Source: Vicugna vicugna
Lineage: Eukaryota
Reading direction: 5' to 3'
Length of the DNA: 64,000 nt
Assembly: GCA_013265495.1 (NCBI GenBank)
Contig: MU057521.1
Location: 1,190,335-1,254,334 of the forward strand
The notes beneath the pieces are model-generated. The model ran no database searches and had not been told where the DNA came from. It was given only the letters and a program-made list of their open reading frames with translations. Made by a program: the position numbers and the translations under genes. Every line of letters starts with the position of its first letter. The stretch's first letter is position 1. Of the stretch, positions 1-13,206 are shown piece by piece.

Positions 1-632
1 CTGGGATTTGGAATGACAAAATCTGCTGCCCACCAAAATCTGCTCTCTTCTTTGCCCAAGAAGTTGCCAGTATTTCCCAGAATTGTATCACTAGCCGTTT
101 CCTGCCACTTTCTACATTTTTCCTGGAGCCTCCTAAATGTGTAACAGTTTCTGCCACCATCTTTACGCTGATGGCTCTAAAATCTTCATAACCAACTCTC
201 ATCTCCATCTTGATATCCAAGTCTCTCTTCCTAACTAATTAACTGGTATCTTCAAATGTAAGTTGAACTCAGTAACATTCATCCTTGCCTCATATAGTAG
301 CCCTTCATTCTTCTATAAGCCATAATGGCACGAACATCTTCCCAATCAACCGCCAAGGATCCCTACACCTTCCCTGTCAAGTCCTAAACATTTCCTATCC
401 TAAATGTTTCCCGTATCTCTCTGCTTCCCTGTATTTCCTCAACCATCCATTCAAAGGTATGCAGCATCTGGTTCATTATTTATAAAATAATAGAAGAGGC
501 TTTCATTTGGGAAACTGCTCTAAGGTATACAATAAAGAAAAAGTTTCTAAGTAACTAATCTATCATGTCAAGTGTTCAAATTAATTAAATACAAACTCCT
601 ACAAATTAATTAAAAAAAAATAAGAGACTTAC

Positions 633-688
633 TTAAATGGTGTAAACAAAAATGGTAAAGTGGCTTCTTTTTTCTGAGTCATTTTCAC
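633..688 (-). CDS. PIGN: PIGN coding exon 11 (56 nt); gene continues beyond the left edge
   Basis: VKMTQKKEATLPFLFTPFK; acceptor gttcccag, donor TAA|GTAAGT. Confidence 0.95.
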
Positions 689-1385
689 CTGGGAACCAAG
701 TATGAAAATATTTTACATTATAAATGAGAAAAAAATTAACTAATTTCATTTTGAAATATAAACATCCATGAAAATGGTTCTTCTGGGATAGTTAACTACT
801 TTGAAAATAAACGGGATATTGTGTTACTACTATATTATTTCATAAATATTTAAAGAAAAATTGAACATTATCATACCATCATTATAAGCTGATTATCAAG
901 CACACCAAGCCTGCAAAATGACATACTCGAATGTAATTAAACTATACTTTTTTAACTCTTAAGAAACGAAATAAGTCAAGCTGCATTAACACTATTAAGA
1001 ATAACAGAAAGTTTCAGTTAAATGGTCACTTCTTTAAGTTCTTAACACATATCATAATGTATATAGAATGACAAGAAATATTGCAACCTCTGATACTACT
1101 TCTATGGGGCAAACTCCACTGATAAAGACTTGTTTGAGGTTTTATAAGCATATGTGGTAGGCTAACAACTAGGGACTCTCCTCAAAGGTAATTCTCCACC
1201 CTCAGACTGATTCATGGAACCTGTACCTCAGACGTGTGAAACTTCACGACACTAGTCAAATACACAAAATTTAAAGATAATAAATTATAGAAAATCATTT
1301 TTAAAACACAAAATCAAATATTTTCACTTAATATAGTCAATTTAAAAACTAGCAGCATCCACTTCTGTGTGTGGTTTTGTTTTAC

Positions 1386-1478
1386 CTTAAACTGTTCAAG
1401 AATCTGTACTGCATTGGTAAACATGCTCTCTGCCTTGAAGAGATCAGTGCTGTTTAATATATCCACAGGAAGGATTCC
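1386..1478 (-). CDS. PIGN: PIGN coding exon 10 (93 nt)
   Basis: [31 protein letters not shown]; acceptor tatttacag, donor AAG|GTAAAA. Confidence 0.96.
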
Positions 1479-2064
1479 CTGTAAATAATAAAGACTGGGT
1501 TAATATTAGTACCAACAAAGTTCGGGCTATCCTTATACAACAAAACAGACTTATAAAGGAAGCAACAGAGAAAAGACATAATGGACGAATAAATTCCGGG
1601 AATAATTAAACAAAAAATCTTTTTAAAAATCATAACTGAAATACATGTTCTGTTATTTTTCTCATGAAGCAGATATAATAAAGTAAATAAAGCAAAAGAG
1701 ATGAATTAAGTTCAACAAAACCTGACATTTGTTGAAAGATTACTGTATGGTAGGCAATGAACTAAAAGCTCTTGCACACACAAAAAGGTACTAAGGTGGG
1801 CCACAGCCTTTAAAATTAGGAAAAAAAGGATATAATAAGCAAAATGGGAGTATAAATGCCTAGTAAGAGTAAGCACTGTTTTGTGAAACTTTTGTTTCAG
1901 TTATACACATATACACACATACTTAAGACTACAGGGGTCATATTACTCAGAGTTCTGAGGTTGATGACATTATTTTTTTCCTATTTATTTCCTTTTTTTA
2001 AAATTGAAGTATAGTCAGGACATTACTTTTTTTTTAAGTTTGATTTGAAGAGCTAGTAAGAAAG

Positions 2065-2512
2065 GCTGGTGGCAATGGATATTTTTTGTTTTCTAGCTGT
2101 TCAGCATCCAGTTCCCATTCTTAACAGCATTTCTATCCTATGCTGAGAAATCTCCCCATTAGTGTAGTACAGTGGGTCTCTAACAGGGCCCTGCCTTCCC
2201 TTACTGAAAGGCAGACAAGTAGCCCAGGCTGGACCAGTCCAATGGTAATAAGCACTGGAATCTGACTCCTGAGAGTCAAGGTGCAGAGAGTCCAACAGGT
2301 GTAATGCTGCCACCCCCTCCTGTCGGTGCCCTGAGCAGACCGGCCCTGCCATGGGACCATGGTGAGATTCTTCCTCCTGAGTTTCCATAGCACCCTTGGC
2401 TCCTGTTCATTTCCCAGCCTGGTTTTTCAGCATCCCTTTGATTTAGCAAACCACCAGTATCTTTTGAATAAATTTCCTTTAAATGGATTCAGTTTCTGCT
2501 GCTTAAAATAAA
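2065..2512 (+). mobile_element. MLT1-like (MaLR) solo LTR relic
   Basis: GC-richer block ending aataaatttcctt...tcagtttctgctgcttaaaat, as in MLT1 3' ends. Confidence 0.5.
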
Positions 2513-2797
2513 AAAATTACTTATTCCTTTTTATCACTTAAAACTAACATCCAAAGATAAAAATCTATATACATTTAAGAAAATAAAAGACTTTAAAGAA
2601 AACTTATTAGGCTTGTGTTCCAGATTGTACATTATAATATATACATAATTATGAGGTGTTACACGTTCAGAAAGAAACATAAAGGAAAATACAGTCTTAA
2701 ATGTCATCAAAGATTATTTAGAGACACATAAAAAGTAAATTTTACTGAACAATAACTTTTTCATTCTGAGAATCGATAAGAAAATTTTATTCCTTAC

Positions 2798-2857
2798 CAC
2801 CGAATTAAGAGGAAAGGGAACGCCAATGAGACAAGCCATCAATGGTGCAACGTCAGC
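2798..2857 (-). CDS. PIGN: PIGN coding exon 9 (60 nt)
   Basis: ADVAPLMACLIGVPFPLNSV; acceptor ggtttgtag, donor GTG|GTAAGG. Confidence 0.96.
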
Positions 2858-3227
2858 CTACAAACCAAAAAGTTCAATTCTAAGAAGTCTCCAGATATCA
2901 ACAAGGAAATTAAATAATTTAGTGCAACTACATTTTGAAAGATAACCATGATGTTCATTATAATCCATTACCTTCAAATTTTATTTAATACACACGAGAT
3001 ACTGATCTCTAAAAATGTCATTTGCTAGAGGCACATGAATTTATGAAAAATTAAATTTCAAAAGAAACCACTAAGAGCCCCAAATATAAAACATACTAGT
3101 GTCAACAAAAAGCTAACTTATTCTAAAAGCTAAAAACTTGACCACTTTATGTAACAGTTTTTTTAGCATTAATGGAAAGGATGCCTCAAGTAGATAGCAA
3201 AATAGCAACAGTAGACTTTAACTGGAG

Positions 3228-3351
3228 AAATATATATATATGTAATATATACATATATATATTTTATATATATATATTTTATATTATATATAAAACAAAG
3301 AAAAATATTACATATATATTTTTTATATTATATATAAAACAAAGAAAGAAT
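3228..3351. repeat. (TA)n-rich tract with a ~43-bp tandem duplication
   Basis: atatatattttt-atattatatataaaacaaagaaa occurs twice (~3270 and ~3312). Confidence 0.85.
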
Positions 3352-5705
3352 GTATCAGAAGGAGGTTGGTTTGCCAGCCAGGGAAGTCCAGAAAAGATAT
3401 AAACCACACAAGGGACTCTTTAGATAAAACACCTCAAATACTGTTTGTATAGCCATGTTAAAGTCCAATTTCCAGAAGAGTTGTCCATGCTTTCTGTCTC
3501 TGTCGCCTCACCTCCCCATCGCTCCTTAGGCCGCTCTAACTCTTTGTCATTCTGTACACTGTTCCCCCTAGAGAGCTAATCACCTCCATTTCTCTAAATC
3601 TAATTGATTGTTTTTATATTAGTCTTTGTAACTTTTCAGGCAGTAAAGTGCTTGGATCTCAGAATGCCCAGTTTCAAATACTTGCTTATGATCTCTGAGA
3701 CCTTGGGCAGGTTATATTCAGTTTCCTTATGAGTTTAAAAAAAGAAATAAAAGTTTCTCCTTTAACAGAGTTACAGCAGAATCAAACGAGACACAATGTA
3801 TAAAGTACCTGGGACATAATAATCCTGCACTAGCTGGCGGCTACAAGTGCTGTTGTGATGTGCAGCACTGTGCAGACTACCCACTTCTGGGCCCCTGAAA
3901 CACTAGTGTCTCCAACTGAGTGTCTCCAATCTCACTGTGGCTCCTTTGCAGATAACCGTCCTTAGCTCTCATTTAAAGTTGGACTTTGGTTCCAGGCCCT
4001 CAATTCTTCTCACCTTTTACTATCTGAATCTCTTTACTAAGTACCACCCAATAGAAAACTGAAAACTCTAATGGCCTCCCAATTGTCTTCTCTCCTTCCC
4101 CCAGAATCCACCTTTGGCCCACTCTGATCTGCTCTCCATGCTGCAGCCAGAGGAGGCCTTTCACAAAAAATCAGATCATGTTACTCTCCAGGCTTCAAAC
4201 ACTTCAAGGGCTTCCCCAAGCTTTAGGATTCAGTCCATAGGGCCCGTGAGGCCCTGTGTGGTCTAGTGTTTACCTTCGGCCTCACATCACACCACGGTCT
4301 CTGTTGCTCTGTACCCTGCTTTCTTCAAGATCTTCTGTAATGCCATGTGCCCTCTGCCCACGTGTTGCTCCTCTGCCTGGAAAGCTCTCAGTCCTCAACT
4401 TCTTAGGAAGCCTTTGCTGACCACACAGTCTACCAGATACATCCACTCTATGCTCTTATGGCTTCGTAGGGCCTTATCACAACTTAAATTTTACATTTAC
4501 TTGTATTTATCATACCACTATGGTAAAATTTATCTTACCCTTAAACTATAAGCTTCCCAAGGCAGGGACTGTGTCCGCATTGTTTCTGCATTTACTCATC
4601 ATTTTAGCTCTTACACAATGTTTAATGTTAATGTGTTAACGTTCCAACGTTTTAATGCTAATGTTGCACAATGTTTAAACATACTGCAGACATATAACAC
4701 TGTTGGCAGAAGGAATGAATAAAGAAATTCTTATCTAATGTAGGAGTGTTCAGAGAGCAATAGCTGAGTCTATAGTCAGTTTTTGCTTATGATCCAGTCT
4801 GGCTGTAAGTAAAACATGTTCTTGTTTTATGGACTTCAAGTTGTTCCTATCCTTTTGACAGCGATTTTTATTGCAAATTAATAGACTGCTATCTGATTCT
4901 ACACATTTCATTTGCCTGGGTAATAAGCATCCACCCTGAGAGAAGAGACCATTTTTAAGATGTTGAGGAAGAACAGGCTTCTGTAGTCACAGGCCTGAAA
5001 ATGAGGTCCTAGACCTTGGTTTATTCACCACAGCAGGGAACGTCAGCTTGTGAGGTAACCTGGAGAAGGTAAGATACTCCTGCTATTCTGGAGGCCACAT
5101 ACCAATGATGCCATGCCTTCCACAAATAGTGACGATGGCTGTATACGCAGCATATCTTCAACAATGAAAATTCTGTGCTTTATATTTACAGATAATGTAA
5201 AGGGTCTAACTTGATTAGGTCAGCCATGTATTTTCTTATAATGTAAGGTTTCTGGCTGAGTAATCTATACACTCTTGTCACTTTCTCTCCATTGCATTTG
5301 TAAAAATTCTGGGTAGAATTAAAGACAAAACATGTGTCAATAAAAAAGAAACGGTAACTGACATTTAACGGGAAAGAAATGCATAAATGGGATTTTATTA
5401 GAACTGTGCTTAAAGCAACTAAGCAGGGCAACCATGACAAGAAATCACAAAAATTTAACAGGCATGCAAGCTTCAATTTGTATAATAATTCTTTAATTAG
5501 CCAGTATTATTTGGAGGGAGTCTTCTTTCAGTCTTACTTGAGGCTGCTTTTTTCATTTTGCCGAAAGAAAGATTACTTGGGGTTAAAATATGCGCACTAA
5601 AAGGATTTCCCTTGGTAACTGAAATGTTTTAGAAAAACATTTAACATCATTACTATTAATACACTTTTTTTTTTTCAGTTTTGGCTTTTTTTTGGTCTAA
5701 ACTTC

Positions 5706-5825
5706 CTTTTTTGTGGGGAGGGAGGTACTTAGGTTTATTTATTTATTTTTAATGGTGCTGAGGATTGAACCCAGAACCTCGTGCCTGCTAGGCATGCACT
5801 TGACCACTGAGCTATATCCTCCCTC
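5706..5825 (-). mobile_element. tRNA-derived SINE, camelid Vic-1 type
   Basis: Minus strand reads ggggaggatatagctcagtggtcaagtgcatgcctagcaggcacgaggttctgggttcaatcctcagcacc (A and B boxes) plus an (AAAT)n tail; TSD gtctaaacttc at 5695-5705 and 5830-5840. Confidence 0.9.
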
Positions 5826-5888
5826 CTTTGTCTAAACTTCTTATAGGAGATAATATTAAATTTGAACATGATTAAATTGAATGAATAC

Positions 5889-5929
5889 CTGATTGACATC
5901 TTGCCTCTTCCAGTTTTCCAATTTCCATT
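5889..5929 (-). CDS. PIGN: PIGN coding exon 8 (41 nt)
   Basis: EWKLENWKRQDVNQ; acceptor gtatttcag, donor CAG|GTATTC; restores the frame between its neighbours. Confidence 0.95.
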
Positions 5930-6879
5930 CTGAAATACACAATTAGACACAAAAGCTGATGATAAGAATTTAAAAAGAATAAATAATTTTATTGTTACAA
6001 GTGGTCGATGCTTAGTGGAAAAAAAAGTACCGGAAATTTTAAGCCAAGTATGAACAAAAAGGATGCTCAAAAAGGCAGAGCTGTAAATTTTTAAAATTAG
6101 AACTTAAAAAGAATAACTGAAGAGTAAATACTTGATTTTTCTGTAATGATTTATCAAATTTTCAAAATGCTCATTTGGAGATACTTACTTCACAACATTA
6201 AAAGGAAGGAAAGACGGAAGTAAAAGGCACAGTGGTAACAACTGTCAGAGTGACTACAACTAGTCACAATCTTGTTCCAAGGAATTATCAAGGCAACTGA
6301 TAGTCCATTAGTCAATCCAAGCTCTTCTTTTTTCTGTGATGGCAGCTGCTTGCAAAATACTTGAAACTGTATACTCCTACCATGCTAATCCCACATAAGA
6401 AAATAGTGCAGAGAGTCACTATTAAAATGCCTCATTCCTCTATCTTTCCATAAATTCAGAAATTTCAATAAAGTAATCAGAACAAATGATTCTGAGACTG
6501 TCTTGACTTTAAGACTCTTTGACTTTAAGATGTATTATCAAAAAGTGTTCTAAGATATTTTATGATGAAATTTCCTTATTTAATAAGCTGATAAAAGTTT
6601 AAAATATAATCCTGATTCTACTAGTCAGCTACTAAGAATTCTCAATAATCCCCTGATGAGAAAAAACATGTACATTTCCTTTCTTTATAACTTATGATAC
6701 TTAATATTCACAGGAGGAAAAAGTCATTCTTTCTGTAGTGATTCTTGAAGTCGTATGGTTCTAAAATGTTGATTCACTGAGAAATCAAATGCCAAAATAA
6801 ACTTCTGTCTCCTAAGTATAAGCATACTATTTAACCTGGCTTCCATTTAGACCCAGTCTAATCCATTTAACACAGAGCA

Positions 6880-7505
6880 CAGGAATACAAAATGGTTCAG
6901 CTGCTTTGGAAAATAGTTTGGGAGTTTGCAAAATATTAAACATAGAGGAATATGTGACCTGTTTATTCCATGTCTAGGTATATGTCCAAGAGAAATGAAA
7001 ACACATGTCCACACAAAATCTTTTATACAAATGTTCACTGCATCATTATCATAATAGCCAAAATGTGGAAACAAGACAAATGTCCATAAGACAATTGAAT
7101 AAAATATGGCATATATATATACAATTTATTATTCAGCTTATTTATAAAAAAAAGTAAATCACTGATACATCTACAACATAGATGAACCTTGAAAACATTA
7201 TGCCAAAAGGAAGAAGCTGCCACAAAACACTAGACAGTGAATGATTCAATTGACATGAAATGTCCTGAACAGGCAAACCCATAGAGACAGAAAATACATC
7301 AAAGGTTGCCGGGGGAGGGGGAGAGAGAGGAATAAGGAGCAACTGCCAGTGGGTGAGAGTTCTCTGGGAGGGCGATGACATGTCTGATAATTAGATAGTA
7401 GAGGCGACTGTACAATCTTGTGAATATACTAAAAAACATCCAATTATACACTTCTAAAACATGAATTTTATGGTATTAGAATTATATCTCAAAAAAAAAA
7501 TAAAT
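6880..7505 (+). mobile_element. Old L1 (L1MB/MC-like) 3' end
   Basis: caagagaaatgaaaacacatgtccacacaaaa...atggtattagaattatatctcaaaaaaaaaa. Confidence 0.8.
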
Positions 7506-7569
7506 TCAAAAATAAGAAAGTAAGTGCAAGAAAATTCTATTATACAAACCCAAAAGTCTTCTGCGGTAG

Positions 7570-7760
7570 AAATACCTTAACACAGCTGTGAGTCCAAATC
7601 CCTGAAGAAGGTTTCAAAAAGAACATTTCTAGGCCAGACCCATGGAATCAAAATATCTAGTGACAAGGTCTGGAAATCTGTAATTCCCTTTTAATCGGCA
7701 TTTTTAACAAGTGCTTTGGATGAGTCTGATGCAACTACTCCAGAGAAAGGCATCTGAGAG
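7570..7760. mobile_element. MER5-like hAT relic
   Basis: gaatcaaaatatctagtg...ctggaaatctg...ttttaacaagtgctttggatgagtctgatgca. Confidence 0.55.
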
Positions 7761-8280
7761 GAATTAATTTTGTTCAACTAGTTAAAATTTTGGAACTGTA
7801 AATACTATCTTACCTTACAAAATAACCAGAGCTCCAAAAAAAAAAAAAAGGAATTCCTTTCCATCATGAATTAAGCAAGGGAGGATTGGGTGACAGAGAG
7901 AGCCTTCAAAAGTGCTAGAGACAGAGCAAAATCTGTCCAGTTTTGAAATATCAATTGTGACACATGTGTGATTTACCTGATTGACAGCCTTTGTACACAA
8001 GAGTTGAGTCAAGGTTTAATCTAAGTCCTAGAATAATAAGGCTTGTGGAAAAAAGAATAGTAAAATTTATACCTGAATTTCCAAGGCAAATAACTAACAC
8101 TATCTTAAGCTGAATATTAAAAACAAACAATATGAACTATATAAAAGTAATACATAGAAATAGTAATGGCACAAATATCAAAATGAAAACTATAACTTGA
8201 AAAGTAATTTTTTAAAGTTAAACTTTGGTTTTATTTTAAAATGTCACCTTTATACAAATAATAAAGATAAATGTTTATAC

Positions 8281-8397
8281 CTTCCAAATATGTATCATCA
8301 AATTTCTGAGCTGACACTTTTTGGGGATACTTGATTCCAGCTCCCCAAGTCACAAAAGGAGTACAAGTCTCTGAAGGATGACCAGCCCCATGGAAAC
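8281..8397 (-). CDS. PIGN: PIGN coding exon 7 (117 nt)
   Basis: [39 protein letters not shown]; acceptor acttgtag, donor AAG|GTATAA. Confidence 0.96.
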
Positions 8398-9315
8398 CTA
8401 CAAGTAAGATACAAAGAGCAGTAAGACAAGTATATAAGAATTAGCTTATACCTAAATATTTTTTAAAACTTAGTTTTGAAGAGTTGATCCATATATAGCT
8501 AATTCTAGCCACCACACTCCCAAATGTTTGCCTCTCTATATAATAATTAGTTTTTAAATATTCCCAAAGCAAGTCTGCGCATCAACAACAACCAGGCAAA
8601 AACAAACAGCAGAACATCCGTTGAGCGACTATGGTTGAAAGAATAATAACAACAATAAAACTTGGAGAAGCTGCCACCAGTGTAGCACCAAAGGCGAAAG
8701 AACAGGGAAAACTCCTTTGGGGAGTAACCACCCAAGTCTGAGGCAAGCAGTCAAGGCCAGGTCAGCTCTGGAGAGGATGGCAAAGTCTCTAAGTGCTTGT
8801 CTTCCAGGCCACTCTGGCTGGTATGGCCAAAAGCCCTTTATAAAGTGGAACCAGCTCATCAGAATTCTATATTGTGATTTGGGGACCCAAACTTCAGCTT
8901 TGCCTTGTTTTGCTCTCTGTGCACACAGTGCATTTGCCTTGGGAATCTCATGGGCAGGACAGGCTCACCTAGGGCCGATGTGCAGTAGTCCTAGGTCCCT
9001 TGGTAATACCACCTTAAACTCACCCCCTTTGCCATCACATACAGCTAATTCTAGGTAGATAAATAATAAGTATTTTTGTTTTCTCCTCCATACTTTAATT
9101 TCTCATTTTAAATGAGAATGTATTCCTTTTATAGTTAGAAGAAGGATTACATATGGTCAGTCTTTTTCACACTAACATCTTAAGCATACTATTATGCGCT
9201 AGACACTCTGCATATATTAAGACATCTAATCCTCTTCCAACATTGTAAGATATCTGCAAGCTAGATTTAACGCTACTTTAATCATTAAGCATTAATCACT
9301 TAGAGACAGACTAAC

Positions 9316-9446
9316 CCCAGTCTGTCATTCCATGGTCAGAGGTAAAGATAAAGGCTGTTTTCCCATCATTTCCATAAAAATCCTTAAGCATGGATGTAAT
9401 TTCTTTCACTCCTTCATCAACTATTTTAATGTTGTCCATATATTCC
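9316..9446 (-). CDS. PIGN: PIGN coding exon 6 (131 nt)
   Basis: [43 protein letters not shown], with the SDHG alkaline-phosphatase-fold motif; acceptor tttaaacag, donor GGG|GTTAGT. Confidence 0.97.
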
Positions 9447-10558
9447 CTGTTTAAAAAGAAACAGAAGAGCAAATTAAGTCACATTAATTACGTTGATTTG
9501 GAAAAATCAAATTTACTCAACAAGCACTTACGACATTCAAAGTCAGTAACTCATGAAATACTTTTAGATCTCATCTTTAATGTTTAAATCACAGCTCTTT
9601 AGATTGTTAAAAATAATTTTTTCTCCTTTTAAAGAAGTAAAAAAATTTGAAATAATTTTCAGAAATGGTTTTTAAAAAGATACTGATTAGCAAATAAATT
9701 TTAATGAATGCCTTTTAAGTCTCAAATGCAATAATGATGACTTTCAGGCTCATGCCTCTCATAATGTAAACGATATTGTTCTTGCCACATTAACACACAT
9801 CACTGTTTCAAGTATAGAATATTTGCATCCCTTAGAGTGTTTGTGATATAAAACATTATAATACACTATAATGTTTTGAACAAACTATATTTCAACTTTC
9901 CATAGAGTTGAACAAGGATGGTTTGGTGTAAGTTCTTTCACTTACAGCACACTGCATTAAAGAAGGAAAGCGTGAGGTATTCATTACCAGCAGCTAGCCA
10001 ATAGGCTTTATAGTTAGTTGGACTAACATAAATCAAATTCAAAGTGAAGAATAAAAGTGTAATATGAATTCTTCCTCTTTCTTACAGTCTGCAACAGTGA
10101 GAAATGTATTTGCTGTTTTACATAAGGAATGCTAATGAAATACAGTATACAAAGCTTTATACTCTAGATACAATTCTGGTTAAATGGAATAAGGAATAGG
10201 TAATCATATCTTTTTGATATAAATATTAACACCACATAATGCTTTCTTATTTCAAAATTTACTAAAACACTCTAAAATATAAGTTTTTTTTTATCTCTGC
10301 TTTGATAAATGAAGAATATGGAATACATGTACAGGATATATTTTACTTACATTAATGTGCAGTCTGGTCACAGCACATGTGATGTTAGCCAGTATATCAT
10401 ACTACATCTCATATAAATGAGAATTTATCCTACTTTGGAGTTATTTAAAATATAAGTTCTATTGTGATAATTACAAAGAAAACATTATAACATTTTAAAA
10501 GTTCAAACAGAACAGGCATTTCCCTAAAACCATGAAATTAAACACAGTATTAAAATTA

Positions 10559-10684
<126 letters not shown>

Positions 10685-13099
10685 CTATATGTAACAAACC
10701 AGTTAAAACATTTTAGTTCATTTATTTAATTTAAAAAGTAATTCTGATGAAAACATTTAATTAAATTGATATATCACTATAAAATTAAATTCTCTTATTT
10801 TGTTTACATTTGTCCCAGGACCTACCAACACAAGTACTTGTCAGTCCAGATATCTATATTCAGATAGAGAGGGAGTTATTTTCCATGTTATAATTAGGCC
10901 AAAAAAAAAAAGGTTTTAGAAAGGGGATCTTGACTTCATGAAGCTCTCATAACATTGAATAAAATACAGCAGACTGAAGAACTATTCTGACAAGAGCCAA
11001 AAATAAAAGCAGTGCTAGAGGAAACAGTTTAGGAATGCTTTATCGTTTTAAAATGTTTTCATGTACTTCTCATTGTCCTATGTGTGACCACCCTAGACCA
11101 ACCACAGTATCTCTCCTGGAACATTGCAGATGGCCTCCTATTTCCTTCGTCCTGAGACCAAAGGCTGTTCTTCACATTGTACGATAGAAAAAATGTCCAC
11201 TTAATGAAATACGGTTCCAAAATGATTAATTTCATAATGATAAACTGGATTCACAGAGCCCTCTAAGAAAGGGATTCATTCTGTACTTATAAACACATGA
11301 GCATGTAAACAGGTACCCGGGGAGAGTACTTTTAAATAAGCCACCAGTGGGGTAAAGCAAAGAGAAGTCATGGAAGACTTAATACAGGAGATGCTTATGT
11401 ATATTTTACCACAATTTTTAAAAAGTGAGTAGAATTTGGCATATATTTATAAACTGCTTGGCTAGAATTAAGCATGAGTCTCTGGCTAGGATACAAAGTC
11501 CAGGTAAGAACCCTGACCCCCCTCAAACCCGATCTCAGACCTTGCTCTCGTCAGTGTTCCTGCCATGCTAAACGCCCCTTCTTTCAGTTCCCCAAATCCC
11601 TTATGCTGGCTCTTCCTTTGGGCCCAAGTTTACATAATGCTGTTGGCCTGAAACACTCTTCTCCACGTGCAATCCAGATCCATCCATTTCTTAGTCTCCT
11701 ATACTCTTCCAGAGATTATCTCAAAGCTCTCAGGAAAGCCTTCCTTGAGCTGCTAGTTTAGATCCAAATCTTCTGAAGATACATTGTTAGTCCCTGTATT
11801 TCCTTTACACCACTTACCATTGTTGATGACTTCGTATTTTTGTTATTACTTGATTAATGTACATATCTCTAGCATATTTAATGAAGTTGCAGGAAAATCT
11901 TTTTTTCTAGTCACTATCATTCACCAACATTAGTAGTGTTGAAATAGAAAGGAAAAAGGCATAAAATCAGGCCAGCCACTACCGATTGCTGCCGATCCAC
12001 AAGAAATCAAATCCATGATTTTGGAGCATTTTTAGCTATGTATGTGAAATTAGAAGCCAAAGGCCTTTAAGCAGATGCTAGCATTATATCGAGAAATGAT
12101 AGCAAAGTAATTTGCTAATTATTTTTTAAAGAGATTCTATTTAACTTGAAGGTTTTCCCATTTGACAAATGAAAAAAGAAAATTTCAAGGAGAAAGATAC
12201 TGATAAAAAGTCCTAGGGTCTATCAAAGAATATATTGAGCACTTAATTCCTGCTAAGTAAATACAAAGGAAAATGCAAACACATGCTGACTGTTTACAAA
12301 CTAACAAAAATGACTATATTATGGAGAAGTCCATAACGTCAGTTCAAAAGACACTACTGGTAAAAAGAATCATTAAGGGTCAATCAATGAATGCTTCTTA
12401 CAAGAGATGAATTGTGAGTTTTAATCTGGAGATGAGAAACAATGGATAGAAAGGAGAGAGCCAATATCCACAGCTGAGATGAAAATCTCACAACATTTGA
12501 AAATACAAATTCTACTGGATTCCTGGTGAAACTGTGATGATTTTCACTATCAAATAGTCCAAAAAAACTCAATTTCTAAAAGAAATTCAAGCATTTTATT
12601 ATGATTAACTTACGAATTTGTTTTTGCTTATTTAATTTTTCTTTAAGGTACAAATTGTTTTAAACATCTACTTTATGTTATAATTAATGCATTAGCTTTG
12701 AACAGCATTTCTCAAAAGACTTTCATGCAAATCACATGGTCCTACTACTTGTAAGAGATTGGTTCTGTGGTCAACGAAAGATCAAGAAAGTTCACCTAGG
12801 ATGATTTAGCAAACTAGGAATGAAATGCAGGTTTCCTGAATCCAGTCAAGAGTTCATTTGATTCTCGAAACACAGAATTTAAAGGGTTAACTTAAAAAAT
12901 TTTTTTAATTCTATTAATTGGTTATTGTAGAATATGTAATTTCTTAGAATCCAGTCTTTTAAAAATAGTATGCTATAATAAAGAACTTTCAAAGTTCATA
13001 CAAATAGAAAAAATTAAGACATATTTACAAACAAATCAATTTCTAGTTACAGTACATACAAATATGTGTGCTGTAGATAAGCCACTCAATAGCACGTAC

Positions 13100-13206
13100 C
13101 TTCATATTATCAAAAACCCAGGTGTCCAGTTTTGCTACATCCTGGGCACCAAAATCCTCACTTTCAGCATCATAACTATATGTATAAACATGGTTTCCAC
13201 TAGCAC
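13100..13206 (-). CDS. PIGN: PIGN coding exon 4 (107 nt)
   Basis: [36 protein letters not shown]; acceptor ccttctcag, donor AAG|GTACGT. Confidence 0.96.

Noticed and set aside
4612..4680. Degenerate aatgtt/aacgtt repeats with small palindromes
   Set aside because: Short low-complexity expansion within an L2 end; no spacer structure, not CRISPR-like.
5030..5080. Plus-strand donor AAG|GTAAGA antisense to PIGN
   Set aside because: A single motif is expected by chance; no other sign of an antisense transcript.
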